The translations under genes were made by a program, and so were the position numbers. Under the pieces are notes generated by a model that was not told where the DNA came from, did no database searches, and saw nothing but the letters and a program-made list of their open reading frames with translations. 64,000 bases of DNA from Takakia lepidozioides. Taxonomy: Eukaryota > Plantae > Bryophyta. Shown here piece after piece: positions 25,664-38,330 of the stretch. The DNA is taken from the NCBI GenBank assembly GCA_030704615.1, contig CM060731.1:81778001-81842000 (forward strand), given 5' to 3'. The first letter of the stretch is position 1, and the number at the start of each line of letters is the position of its first letter.

Positions 25664-28600
25664 ATGGAACCCACAGACCCGAGCACCCTTCCACCCACCG
25701 GAACTGTACTACCTGATGGCACAAGCGAGGCAACTGGATCCTTTCCATCACTGGGTCCACCAGATAGCAAGCTATTGAAACAAATTGAGAATGGCAAAGT
25801 AATTGAAGGGAAACCCAAATTGACGGCGATGCAAAAGCATTTGGAGGACGGTGCCCCCATCCCTGAATCTGTCCAATCATTTTCCTCTTTGCCCAATTTG
25901 TTTGTGGTCAAACTGACCCTTGCTGCTGGCATTGGGGGACTCCTATTTGGCTATGACACAGGTATGACCATAGAAATTTCTTCTTCCAGTTTGAAGTTAA
26001 AAATGAGGAATATCTGGGTGATGTTACAGTTCAAGGAAAGGGATAAATGAGATTCTGCTGAAGAATGTCTCTCTTTATGTCTTTCTGACCAGAGGAGTCT
26101 TATCAACTTGTCCCAAGATGGTATTTTCTGCCCTATCCCACTGTGCAGTGTGTGGAAGGTGTCTGTCATTCTCTTTTACAGAAATGGACACTACTCATGA
26201 GGATGTTGTGGATGGATTTGAAATTCCTGTATTACATGGGTTTGAGGTGCTCAGGATAGTATTTTCTGGGGCTTAAACAAACACATGAATTTCCACTTCA
26301 TCCAAACACCAGGGTTAAGCATGAAGTACTTCAGGTGAGAGACAAAGGGGTTGGTTGTGGGCAGGGGTGATATCTGGAGCCTTGCTATACATTCGGGATG
26401 ACTTCAAAGCTGTTGATGACAGCACAGTCCTTCAGGTAACCTATCAATTTTTTGTGTCTTTATATTGTTTCAAAATTTGCCCATGTATATGAGCATGGCA
26501 TTAGTCAGTGGGGAGTGGTGGCAGCTGGTCACTACTATGTATGCTCATATTGATTGTCTGATGTGACCCTTGCAAGGTTAAGTCCACACTTTTATCTTTG
26601 CTTACAGGTCTGGATTTTATTCTGCACTTAAATGGAGGGCTTTCTGCTCTCTCTTGCTCATGCTGCCACTGGACTAGAAGGATTCATCCATACCATTTCC
26701 AAGGTGATCAAGATTGAGACTAACAAGAGGTCATGTGTTTTATCAGGAAACCATTGTGAGCATGGCCATTGCAGGGGCCATTATTGGGGCCGCATTTGGT
26801 GGCTGCATGAATGACCGTTTTGGACGAAAACCTACTATTCTAGCAGCGGATATTGTGTTTGCACTGGGTGCAATTCTCATGGCAGCAGCTCCAAATCCAG
26901 GTCTTTTGATTGCTGGTCGAGTTTTGGTGGGCTTAGGTGTTGGTGTGGCATCCATGACTGCCCCTCTCTACATTGCCGAAGCATCACCAGCCAAGATACG
27001 GGGGTCTCTTGTCACCATGAATGTTCTCATGATCACTGGAGGACAGTTTGTGTCATACCTTATCAATCTTGCTTTTACCAAGGTACCTACTTAAGACACC
27101 TGATCAAGCATCCCTTCCTTGAAAGCAAGCATCAGTTAGTTGGACTGCCTCTTCTAATAATCTTAAGATAAGCTGAGTTTCTGCTTTGTTTGGCTGCCTT
27201 TGCCGGGTTTGTGTTTATGTCCCTCTGGTTCTGTTTCTCTTCCTGTGTTTGTCACTGCATGTCCATCACCCTGCCCCAGTATCAGTACTCAGCTCTCCAC
27301 CCCAGAATTAGTACCCTGGCTGCACCCAACCCAAAAGCTTGTGCTGCACCTATATCAGTATGCAGCTCTCCAGACTATTTGGAAAGTGATGGTGGAGGAC
27401 GTCATCAACTTCAATAGATAGTGCTTCCTCTACGAGAGTGGTTGTTTGCATTTCTAAACCTGACAGTATATACATATGTTATTGACTTACAGATTTATCC
27501 ACATACTTAAACCTTGTCTATGTGATCCAAAATATGTTAGTGAATAGGGATCATAGTTGTTATAAGGGGCATCCACCTTCTGACACATCATATGTATCAG
27601 TATGTACAATCCACCATGCATATTGACAAGCTTGCAAGTATGACATACAACGGGCATACCGATTGAGGTATTCAGGCACCAGGAACATGGCGATGGATGC
27701 TGGGGGTGGCAGGAATCCCAGCAGTTGTGCAGGGAGTGCTCATGCTATTTTTGCCAGAATCACCCCGGTGGCTTTTTCGTCAGGTATGGCAGCTGCTCAC
27801 ACAGCTACATATTACATCTGTTTCCAGCTACAAGCTGGAGCAGTACAGCTTCAAGCTTATGCAGTCTTATGTGATGTCAATACCAAGTGTGTACATCAAC
27901 AAACAGAATGTCCCTGTAACTGCATCATCCTTAGCTGTACACAAGTGCTATACACAAGTTCGGATTGAGGCTCGTACATCCTAGTGGGCTGAAAGGAAAC
28001 CCCAGAAGTGGCTTCCTCACAGTTTATTACTTTGAGGCTCTTAAGCTTAAAGAATCTGGCCTCGTGCAGGTAAGCTGCTAAGCATTTCTAACCAGACCCA
28101 GGTATTGGTATGATTTGACAATCTCAATTTCCTGTTGGTTGAAGATGAATCTGCGGTCCGCCTGCAAAACCATGATCTTAGTTTTGCTGAGATTGACTGG
28201 CAACCCAGGGGCCCTAACAAGCAGCCCAAAAGCAAACATTCATGAAGAGATTTTCTAAGCCGGAAAGCGTCATGATGCCAAGCATCTCGCACTGAAAGAC
28301 CACAGCAAGGGATTGACCATCCCCAAGTAGGCAAAAAACCTATTACATTGGAACAACACCGTTAGGACAGAAATGAAATGGTAATTATAATGTTCGATAA
28401 ACGAAAGCAAGAAACAAGGAAAAAATGGGGACTGTAAAAGAAGCCCCATAGTCTTTTCAAATAGACTCTCCCTTGAATAGTTGCTTTTGGGCTGTTTTTT
28501 GGCTCTGGTTTTGTTTCCTCTCTCTTGTTTTTTCCATTTTGTCCCATAAGCTCTTTGAGCTTTCCGCGGACGTTATAAAGGACCATTTCATTTCATTTCA

Positions 28601-31600
28601 TTTCCTGTGTCATATTTTCTTTTTCTTGTCCCTTAAGCTCTTTGAACTTCCTGCGGACTTTATAAAGTTCCTTTCCTTCCCTTCTTTCTGTCTGTCAGCT
28701 AACAAGTACATTTGCTAGAGTGGAACTACATCCTGGACTGAATGTTGCTCATCTTACTCTCTGCACAAACGAAGCTCTTGCTCAATATCTCATTATAGTA
28801 TCCCCATACTCTACAGGACAACCTGTTTAGCCCCTTGGCACATCTTTTTATGAGAGCACTTTCTTGTTAAACTGTGCAGAGGAGACATGAAGACGCAATT
28901 GCAGTCTTGGCAAAGATATACCCTCCTGATCAAGTGCAAAATGAGGTCGAGGAGCTCTTTGCTGCAGTCAGCACAGAGGTGGAGGAGAGATCCTCGTTGG
29001 GGAAACTTGGGGTTCAGACTCTGCTGGCCTCTAAACCAATTCGCCTGGCACTCATTGCGGGTGTTGGTCTGCAGGTGCGTTCTCTGTCACTATATCGTCC
29101 TTGTCGTTACTTGAATAGTCTTTGGTTAGCCATAGTTTCGTGCCAAACTAGCAGTTGACTTTCTCCTATTTTACTCTCTATTGGTAAGGCGTCGGTCCTC
29201 CAGGAAATGGCAGTGGATCCTACCTGCACACCTACCTCTCGATCTGTACATGCTGGCCTATTCCCATCTTTCCAATGGTAGGAAATGGCAGTGGATCCTA
29301 CCTGCACACCTACCTCTCGATCTGTACATGCTGGCCTATTCCCATCTTTCCAATGGTATATGACGTTTAGTGGTTGCATGGTGGGTAAAATCTTGGTTAA
29401 CTTACAAAGGTGTACCTTCTTCTTGTTATGAGGTTAAGTCAGTAGGTGTAGTAGACTGAAGCCGAATTCAGGCCACATTGTTATTCATCACTTAATAAGA
29501 GTTCACTACACCAGAGCATGTGGAAAGTTATGGTACTAGCTGTCACATGGAAGTTCTCCTGTATCGTTAGGTTGACTACTCCCAAACTTTCACTTGTTCC
29601 TGGCTAGCAATGCACCCAATGACAGACAAACCCATTGTTTGCTTTCTGGATGGTCCAGATATTCCAGCAGCTAGTGGGAATCAACACAGTAATGTACTAC
29701 AGCCCCTCCATCATTGAGCTGGCAGGGTTCGCCTCCCATCAAACCGCCATCCTCCTCTCTCTCATTGTATCTGGAATGAATGCTTTGGGCACCATTGTAG
29801 GTACGGTTGGCTGAGCTCCTGCTCTCACTCGGGTCTGGAATGATTGCTGTGATTGCCATCATGAACGAGGTGTCAATGTCTTATCGGAAAGATTGTGAGA
29901 GATTACACTGATTTACCTAGCTCTGCGTGGTAAGGTTGCATCCAGTGTTGTGCGGGTCCGGGTTTTGAAGGCCGGTACCCGGCGGGTTAGGATCCGGGTT
30001 ACCCGGACCCGCACCCGGACCCGTGCTATCACAAAAAACCCGGATCTTAACCCGGAGTCATTTCTAAAATGAACCCGGAACGGGACCCGGACCCGCCTGC
30101 TGGGTCCAGAACCCGTTCAACCCGCTACCCGTGGGCCAATGTAGCGGGTCAGGGTCCGGGTCTTAAATTTAGATGGGGCATGCGCGGTCCACCTTAGATC
30201 TTGGTAGGTTTTGTCATATGTGTGGAGGGGACGAGCAGCAATCCGCAGCAGCCAGCCCCACCACGTTGTAGCCCAGTGGTAATGCCCACATACCACCTCA
30301 AAAGCGGTTGTGGGTTCAATCCCCGGAGTGGTGTCACAAAGTTGTGCCCTCTGGGACCATAATTTTCACCTCCCAAAGGAGACGTCATATATTATTATTA
30401 TGCCAGATCCCAGACATCCATGCTATAGTGATCTGGCATATTACTATTCTTAACATGTTTAAAGCATTGATATTGAAAAATAGAAAATGGAACTCAAACT
30501 TAATTTAATTCTTATTCATGGTATACATATTCATATTCACGATATATTTTGAAGGAATATCTCTTAAAATAAAATTCATTATTAGGATTTAAAGTTTTTT
30601 CCAGCCAAAAATAAATTTATCCCTAATTAATCCTAATTTTCTAATTTATTTAATCAATAAATTACGACCCGGATCCGAACCCGTGAACCCGCCAATATTT
30701 CCCAACAACTACCCGGACCCTAACCCGAGTCCGTGTTGACAAACCTGGACCCGAACCTGGACCTGGTTTTTTCCAAATTTCAAAAACCCGGATCCGGACC
30801 CGGACTTGGTTCCGAAAAAAAACCCGCACCCGGACCTGGCGGGTTCCTTAAAAAGGCAGAACCCGCACAACACTGGTTGCATCCCTCACATAGCCCGATT
30901 ACCATAAATTACAGAATCTTTTGCTGTTTCTTACTCGAACGCAAAGCACAACCTTAGATTGCTACACTTAATGACCGCTATTAAGGGTCTCTATTTATAT
31001 CTTGTATCTCCCTGTCCTCTAGGAAGCCTATTGACATTGGGTGGACTTGAAACGGGAGTACATTAATGTCTCTGTGACTAAATGCCGGCCCCTCGTGTCC
31101 TTGTTTGTTTCGACCTGAAGCGCTTTGCTTCAGGTAAGGTAGTGCATTGGATTTAGTTGGAAAGCTTGGGGCCTTTCCCTCTTTAGAATATGCGTACACG
31201 GGCCATTCCCTGCAACTCCCTGGAGTTTGATCTCTGAATGGTAACAAGCGGACTCCTACCGCTTGGGGGCAGCCCCTCCGCCCAAATTGGGCAGTCGTAT
31301 GCTCTGTCTAGCATACTCGGCACTTGGGCTCAGGTTGGTTCCTGTGCTTAAACTTATGGCCTGCGAAAACAATCAAAAATTTAGCTCCTATCAACATCAA
31401 CACTCCTCAGGGTGATCCCTGGGAATTGGTTACTTATGCCAAATCTAGGGCTTCATGTGTAGTTTTTGGGGTGAATCCCAGGATGGACGATGTGTCCTTT
31501 GAATTCATGGCTAATGGTACCATCTCGAGACTTGATAACAGGGGTACGTTGAAGGTTGCAATGACCAAAAGTGCTTCTAATAGAGTCCCGCATCAATTCA

Positions 31601-34600
31601 ATCTCAAAGAAGTTCGTCCCTTGACTGGCTGGAGAGCGGTCTTAGACATTGGTGATTCAATGGGGCGCTCTAGGAAGACAACCAAGGGCAACAACTTCAA
31701 CTTGAGAGTTTCTAATCGGTTTGATGCTCTGGATGAGGTTGAATCCAAACAGCCAGAAAGACAAGATGCCCCTAAGTGTACGGAACCTGAACGTCCTGAA
31801 TCTGAAGGATTTGGTACTCTGAATGGTTTACCAATCCTCAAGGTTTACACAAGACGAACAAATTCTATACACGGGGTAATTGTCCCCAAGCCGTCAGATG
31901 GACAATCTTGTGCAGAGCCTGAACGTCGTGTAACTGAAGGATTTGGTACTCTAAATGGTTTACCAATCCTCAAAGTCTACACAAGACGAGCAAAATCTAT
32001 ACACGGGGTAATTGTCCCCAAGCAGTCTGACGGACAATCTGCCCCTATGTGTGCGGAGCCTGTGCGTCGTGTAACTGAAAGATTTGGTACCCTGAATGGC
32101 TTACCAATTCTCAAAGTTTACACAAGACGAGCAAAATCTACACATGGGGTAACTGTCCCCCCTTTGCAGAATGGTTGGCCGTCCAGGAGCAATCACAAGC
32201 TACCTAGACGACAAACAATTCACACGCAAAGGGCTGGCTTGCGGCTGGCCACTTTCAACTTCTCAGGGTTGACCAACCAAAGGAAACAACTTGAAGTGGG
32301 ACAAGTTCTTCGGACTAATGATATTCATATCTGTGCTGGGCAAGAAACATGGGAAACGTCGGATAAACTGGTTGGAGATGTCATTGGTTATAAATGGGCA
32401 GGTAAGATGTGTACTCTCAAGGCAGCCTCTGCCAAACGTGGTCAAAAAGGGGTCGGATTCTTTGTCCGTGATTTCTTGTTTGACAATTGTGAAATTATCA
32501 ACAAGGGTTTGAGGTACGAGCATAGTATCTGGCTAAAACTGAATTTGAAGGGCGGCATGAGTACAAAGGACCTCTTTGTTGGTTGTGTTTACATGCCCAC
32601 AAAGGGGACCCTTAGTGCTGATGCAGACAAGGCCTTCGAAGATGTAAAGCTGGACTGTGCTTCGTTCCTTGCCAAAGGTCAGGTGGTACTATTGGGGGAC
32701 TTCAATGCCCGGGTGGGCAAAGGGATCCAACAGGACGATATCATTGGACCTTTTGGTGAGGACAAGCTGAATTCTAATGGCAGACAGTTAATTAACTGTC
32801 TAGAAGAGCTTCAGCTTTTGACCTTGAATAACAGGACAATTGGTGACCAAGTGCAGTGGACTCGTGAGAAATCCCAAACTGGGGAACGTTTCATTGTGGA
32901 CTATATCATAATGGACAAAATTTTGTTCCCCCAGTGTGCCAATGTGTTGATCGACAGAACTGATATTGGTACCTCTGACCACTTCCTGGTTTGGACTGAG
33001 ATCAAAAAGTGTTTTCCCACCACCAAGAGATCTGTGAAACGTTTGATTCGGAAGTGGCGCATAGAAAAATTCCACAATGAGGAGGTCAAGGCTGAGTACG
33101 TCCAGGCCTTGCAAGAGGGTCTCCCTCATTTTGTCCAATCGCTCCAAGAACTTCAGTCACGCTCAGTTAACGCAAGAAATGAAGTCGAAAGAGCAGTGGA
33201 CTCTTGGGAGAGTTTCGTTTCCTCCGTGGCTGACAAGATCATTGGGAGAAAACTAATTGTCTGCGGTAGAGCAGTTAATTGGTGGACTAATGAGATTAAA
33301 CTCAAGATAGCTGAGAGACGAGCCCTCTATAAAGAGTGCTGCAATTTGGAAACCAACAGAGAATTGTGGGCGAGGTACTACCAGCTCCGTAAAGATATCA
33401 ATCAGCTTGTTAGGTCTCAGAAGAAATTATACTGGGACAAGTTATACAGTGAAATAAACTCAAACCACCATGGTGGTAATGACAAGAAATTCTGGTTGGC
33501 CCTCCAACGTTTGTACAAGCCGAAAAACGGTCAGCAAGTACAAGCGCTGAAGACTACTAAAGGTGCAGTGGTGACTTCATCGGTTGACATTGTCAAAACC
33601 TTTGAAACTCACTACAGTATCCTTGGCAGAACTTCTAGGTCTAACAGTGAGGGGTCTTCTGCTGAATGGAAGGACACAGTTGGAAAAACTGTTCCTATGA
33701 TTCAAAACAGCCCTGATGAACTGGAGTATATTTCAATGGCTTATAATGCTCCCATTAGTTCTTCTGAGATTGTGGAAGCAATTGAACATTTAAATGGATA
33801 TAAAGCTGGTGGACCTGATGGTATTGTCAACGAGCTTATCAAGCACGGTGGCGATCCCATGATAGAGGCCCTAGTTCTCCTCTTTAACCTTATCTGGAAG
33901 ACTGAAATGATCCCCTTTCACTGGCGACAGGGGGTCATTGTCAATCTATACAAGAAGGGTGACAGAGAAGAACCAGGGAACTACCGTGGCATCACGCTCC
34001 TCAATGCTGTTGGCAAGACATTCTGCAGAGTTATAAGTACTCGTCTCGAGGTTGATCTGGAGTCTAGAGGTTGTTTCCACGAAGGCCAAGCTGGCTTTCG
34101 GCGAAACAGGGGCTGTGTGGATCATATCTTCACTCTAAGCCAGATTATCCAGGGAAGGAAAAAAGAAAGGAGACCCACTTATGTCTTTTTCCTGGATGTC
34201 AAAAAGGCTTATGACACAGTGTGGAGAGATGGCCTATGGTTCCGCCTCTGGTCTTGTGGGATCAAGGGAAAGATGTGGAGAGTTGTCCACAACTTGTATG
34301 CTCGTCACTGTTAACGGACAGAAGTCCAACTTCTGACTTAGACCAAGGTGTAGCTCAAGGATGTACTCTCTCCCCTCTGCTCTTCAATGTTTTCATCAAT
34401 CAACTCCTCGAGGATGTGGAAAGTGAGGGATTTGGGTTAAGGGTGGGTGATACCACCATACCAGCCCTTATGTTTGCGGATGACTTCGCAGGCATAGGGG
34501 AGACTCCAACCAATCTCCAGGAGTTGATTGATTGCGCGAAGAGATACTTTGATCTTTGGGGGCTAGAGGCTAATGTCAGCAAATGTGCAGTGGTAGCATT

Positions 34601-36970
34601 CAATGACAGAGGAGAGGGAGGAAGTGATCTTAAGTGGCAGTGGGGTAGCCAAGAGATCCCGGTCCTCCCTTCCTACACTTACCTGGGCGTTGAGTTCTCC
34701 TCCAATTGGAATTGGGATGCACATATCCGGAAAGTTGTTCAAACTGGCAAGGGCACAGCTCTGGGGCTCACTAAATTTTTCCACTGCAGAGGGGTCAACC
34801 TGAGGTTAAGAAAACCATGCTTTGTCGCGTTATTAGACCTGCCTTGGAGTACGGATCTGCTATATGGGTTGATAACTCCAACCAGGCTAAGTCTCTAGAA
34901 TCCATTCAAGTGGGGGTACTTAAGGAGGGTATGTCAGCATGCTCCAAAACAGCCAATGTGGCTGTTCGGGGTGAGTTTGGCATTCCGTCCTTAAGCTCCC
35001 GACGAGATGAATTCAAGGTCAGATGGTGGGGTCAGCTGCAACATATGCCCCAACACCAGATATCCTAAGTTAATCGACTCTATATCTTGGAAACAGGACC
35101 GCCCTATCAAACAGGCTAAGTCCTGGCAGAAGAGAGTAGAAGAGATCCTCAAGGACCTGGACCTGGATCAGCAAGTCTTGACCCTGCTGGATGAATCTGA
35201 CTTAGAGGCTGTAGTGTCCTCAGCCATGTCTGTTGCCATGAGATTGTCTGATGAAAATGAAGTTAGGCAGAAAACTTCCCTGAACTTGTTTCCAGTCTGT
35301 GACATGGGGGAGGACATCTTGGATGACCTCAAGGGTCTACCCACTCTCGGCACTAGACTGAAATTTAAACTCAGGGCAGGAAGCCTACCTTTGAACAGCA
35401 AACAGAAGCAGAGAGGAAAGGGAGAGTGTAATTGCCCGTTGCGTGGGCAATCTGAAGACAGTATTCATATTCTGATACACTGTCCGGGGTTCTCTCACCA
35501 AAGAGACGCTCTCTTCAAATCTATTAAGGGAGGCTGAGCCAAAAGCCCAGGCCCTCCTGAGGCCTAGTTTTTGGGCAAATCACACACAGCAGATTGATGC
35601 TTGTGTGAAGGGATTTCTAGAGGATATCTGGAAAACCCGGATTAATTCTATATATGGAGGTAAGTCTTACTACCAACGTCAGCCCCTGACAGAGGTAGGT
35701 TCTGTCCCTTTTGTTCCCGCTCAAACTGGGCGCGGGGTCAATGGCCACAAGGCTACGGCAAACAACGTCTTATGAGTACAATCTATTTATATCTTGTGTG
35801 GAGTGTAATGTAACCGTGTTTTCTTTTGAAGGTATGGTATTTATTGATCGATGTGGTAGACGCCGTCTTGTGATGCTGAGCCTGACTGGGGTTGTCGCTG
35901 CCCTGTCCGTGCTGGCTGTGGCTTTCCATCTCACTGCCAAAGACTCCCCAGCAGTGGACTTTACTGTGAGCAACAGCGAACATCCTGGATGGGTCTGCCC
36001 AGATATATCCAGTTTGACTTCACGAGATTGCACTGGCTGTTTGCATGCGCATGCTGGTTGCGGGTTTTGTGCTGCCAGAGAAAATCAGGCAAGTTCATTG
36101 CTTTGTGGTTTTTCTTCATAGGGATTGCACTGGCTGTTTGCCTGCCATGCTAGTTGTGGGTATTGGTTCTGCCATACTTCAGGCTAGTTCTATGCTCTTT
36201 GTTGTTGTTTCTTGTTGCTGTGGTGTGCCAGTGTTTCAACCTTCTTTCATGTCTATGCTCTCTTCCCAGGGCTTTGCCCCTCATTTGTTGGCTGTTTGTT
36301 TTCGCTCCCTGTCCCTCATACTCCTACCTACTGTATAACATGGTGAAGTGACCTTTCTTGTTATTGTTTCGACTTGTTCAGTTGCCTCCATTCACAGAGA
36401 TGCCTCTGGTAGAATTTCATCTGCAAGAGTCCTGTTGGATCTGAAGTAAGAAAGTTGCTGAATGTCATGCAGAATTTTCCCGGTATGTGTCTCATTTCCA
36501 ATAAAACAGTGGCGGACTCCTGTGGGGACACAGTCTGGTTCACAAAGGGATGCCCAAGCCATTATGGGTGGCTAGCTCTCACAGGCCTAGCTCTTTACAT
36601 AGCAGCATTCTCTCCAGGGATGGGACCCGTTCCATGGGCTGTTAACTCAGAAATCTACCCATTAAAATACAGGGGACTCTGTGGAGGAATTGCAGCAACA
36701 GCCAACTGGATTGCTAACCTTGCAATTGCCCAGTCATTCCTCTCCCTAGTAAAAGCAATTGGAACCTCAATGACGTTTCTGCTCTTTGGATGCATATCTG
36801 TTCTTGCTCTCTTCTTTGTCTTCTTGTTTGTGCCTGAGACAAAAGGGTTGTCATTTGAAGAAGTAGAGGTGATGTGGGAAGAGAGGGCTCAAGGTCGGAG
36901 AACGTGGAGGAATGGGTTTGCTTTGAAGGTGCCAGATTCAAAGGAAAAGGAGCTTCCTGGTGGTGTGTAA
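25664..36970 (+). CDS. INT: Inositol transporter (MFS sugar porter, INT family); exons 25664-25961, 26365-26435, 26747-27082, 27676-27783, 28880-29074, 29659-29800, 35832-36088, 36473-36970
   Basis: [66 protein letters not shown], Cys-rich loop CTGCL...[27 protein letters not shown]. All junction phases are consistent. Confidence 0.93.
28040..28340 (-). mobile_element. Old LINE RT remnant in INT intron 4
   Basis: acaatctcaatttcctgttggttgaagatgaat...aaaaccatgatcttagtttt matches 42300-42375 (encodes KTKIMVF...FIFNQQE). Confidence 0.7.
29202..29358 (+). repeat. Perfect tandem duplication, 78-bp unit
   Basis: aggaaatggcagtggatcc...ctttccaatggt occurs twice in succession. Confidence 0.95.
29943..30875. 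mobile_element. Non-autonomous hAT element (MITE)
   Basis: 15-bp perfect TIRs CAGTGTTGTGCGGGT / ACCCGCACAACACTG; 8-bp TSD GTTGCATC (29935-29942, 30876-30883); many ACCCG/CCGG subterminal repeats. Confidence 0.95.
31324..34314 (+). CDS. LINE ORF: N-terminal repeat region, APE endonuclease and first half of RT
   Basis: 996-aa ORF. Truncated by a 14-nt deletion relative to the copy at 48290-48320. Confidence 0.9.
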   Translation: MGSGWFLCLNLWPAKTIKNLAPININTPQGDPWELVTYAKSRASCVVFGVNPRMDDVSFEFMANGTISRLDNRGTLKVAMTKSASNRVPHQFNLKEVRPLTGWRAVLDIGDSMGRSRKTTKGNNFNLRVSNRFDALDEVESKQPERQDAPKCTEPERPESEGFGTLNGLPILKVYTRRTNSIHGVIVPKPSDGQSCAEPERRVTEGFGTLNGLPILKVYTRRAKSIHGVIVPKQSDGQSAPMCAEPVRRVTERFGTLNGLPILKVYTRRAKSTHGVTVPPLQNGWPSRSNHKLPRRQTIHTQRAGLRLATFNFSGLTNQRKQLEVGQVLRTNDIHICAGQETWETSDKLVGDVIGYKWAGKMCTLKAASAKRGQKGVGFFVRDFLFDNCEIINKGLRYEHSIWLKLNLKGGMSTKDLFVGCVYMPTKGTLSADADKAFEDVKLDCASFLAKGQVVLLGDFNARVGKGIQQDDIIGPFGEDKLNSNGRQLINCLEELQLLTLNNRTIGDQVQWTREKSQTGERFIVDYIIMDKILFPQCANVLIDRTDIGTSDHFLVWTEIKKCFPTTKRSVKRLIRKWRIEKFHNEEVKAEYVQALQEGLPHFVQSLQELQSRSVNARNEVERAVDSWESFVSSVADKIIGRKLIVCGRAVNWWTNEIKLKIAERRALYKECCNLETNRELWARYYQLRKDINQLVRSQKKLYWDKLYSEINSNHHGGNDKKFWLALQRLYKPKNGQQVQALKTTKGAVVTSSVDIVKTFETHYSILGRTSRSNSEGSSAEWKDTVGKTVPMIQNSPDELEYISMAYNAPISSSEIVEAIEHLNGYKAGGPDGIVNELIKHGGDPMIEALVLLFNLIWKTEMIPFHWRQGVIVNLYKKGDREEPGNYRGITLLNAVGKTFCRVISTRLEVDLESRGCFHEGQAGFRRNRGCVDHIFTLSQIIQGRKKERRPTYVFFLDVKKAYDTVWRDGLWFRLWSCGIKGKMWRVVHNLYARHC
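31777..32160 (+). repeat. Three in-frame tandem repeats (~132 bp) in the LINE ORF
   Basis: [16 protein letters not shown] occurs three times (units start at 31777, 31909 and 32050). Confidence 0.95.
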
Positions 36971-38330
36971 TGTAACACTGGGCTTTTAGACCTTTTGTAT
37001 GTTCAACCTCTTGCCTATTTGCAAAACTTCCTTGGTGATGATTAGCATGACAATGGATTGTAAGATGGATTCATAAGACAGCTTCACTGAATGTCAAATT
37101 CAGATTGGCAAATGTCATCTTGTTTAATCTATCCTGGAAATGTGAAGATTTCACATAAGCTGCATGCTGAGCATAACAAAGGACATGAACTAGGCCTCGG
37201 TGATGAACCACCCTGTTTCTGGACACTTGCATATTTCCTGGAGAGTATAAAATACAGTAGCTCCCCTTCTCATATATTCCAAAAGCTCTTCCTGTAGGCA
37301 AATTGTCAAGCAGAGGAAGACAAAAACACAACACTTTCCATTAGGGAAGGAGGTTATGGCGGCTTAACATGATGGATCTCGAATGCTGAGTGATCAATCA
37401 CTTACAACATGATTAGCCTGATGAAGCTCTGTGATGTATGTGGTTGGTTGATTGATTGAAATTGCACCAATGCCAAGGAAGGACATAGGACAAGTGATGT
37501 ACAGTGAACTCACACTGAACTGTTGCCATCAATGTAATCCCTACAATGTCTTGAAGAAGGATAGTTTTATGAGAACCAACTAAGTGAGTTGGTTGGAGCA
37601 GCTGTAAGGGCAAAAAGTTTCCTTTCTTGGTCGAGAAAATGCATCCCAGATCGGTAACAACATGGTAGAGTAACTGATGAGTCCTCGAGTAGGTATCTCC
37701 CGCGGCTTCTAGAGCACGCAGGGAGAGAGAGGGCATACCGAAGGCCCTCGGCGGTGAATTGACCCGGTTTCCTCCCTCGTGCAGCGGATTGCGGGGTCTG
37801 GCTGTGGAGCTGCAATTGGCAATGATGACCCACAGACCTTTGCAAGTGATCTCGGCGAGGCCTTTCCATCTTCCAAGGATACCCAAGGCAGGTATAGACA
37901 AGTGAATAGTTCAGTAATTGGGGTCTCCTTACTGTGCCCTTCCATTCCAGCTGGAATAGTGTTTGCAGAAAAGTCCGAGATCACCAGAGTTCAGACATGA
38001 GCACACAAAGCAGGTCCTTTGGATTGATGGCTGGTCAAACTCTCCTTGGGTGAAAGCAGAGCTATCTGCCATCGTACAAGGTCAAGCCCAAGCCAGTGAT
38101 GGCCTTAATGTCAATGTACATAATGGAGCTCCCTGCCAAGCATACATCCGGTGAGGATTCAAGGGGTTCAACAAAGACGCATATAATTGGTACTTCTCAT
38201 CCACACAGTACATGATTGCATGAGGTTGTCTGTTAATATGCAGCAACAAGTCGGCACTCATGTAGAGGTCTTATTTTGGAGTATACAAGGGACTTTCAGG
38301 CTTGAAACTAAGAGTTTGAAGTCATTCAGG

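Larger units (their letters stand above)
31006..35781 (+). mobile_element. Apparently full-length LINE (APE endonuclease-RT-CCHC, RTE/RTEX-like) in INT intron 6
   Basis: 16-bp TSD TCTATTTATATCTTGT (30990-31005, 35782-35797). APE motifs [16 protein letters not shown]; RT YRGITL, QGCTLSP, FADD; C-terminal zinc-finger remnant. Frameshifts from ~34300. Confidence 0.93.

Noticed and set aside
37413-38330. ORFs between INT and the PPR gene
   Set aside because: No homology recognised; may be a decayed PPR N-terminal extension or UTR.
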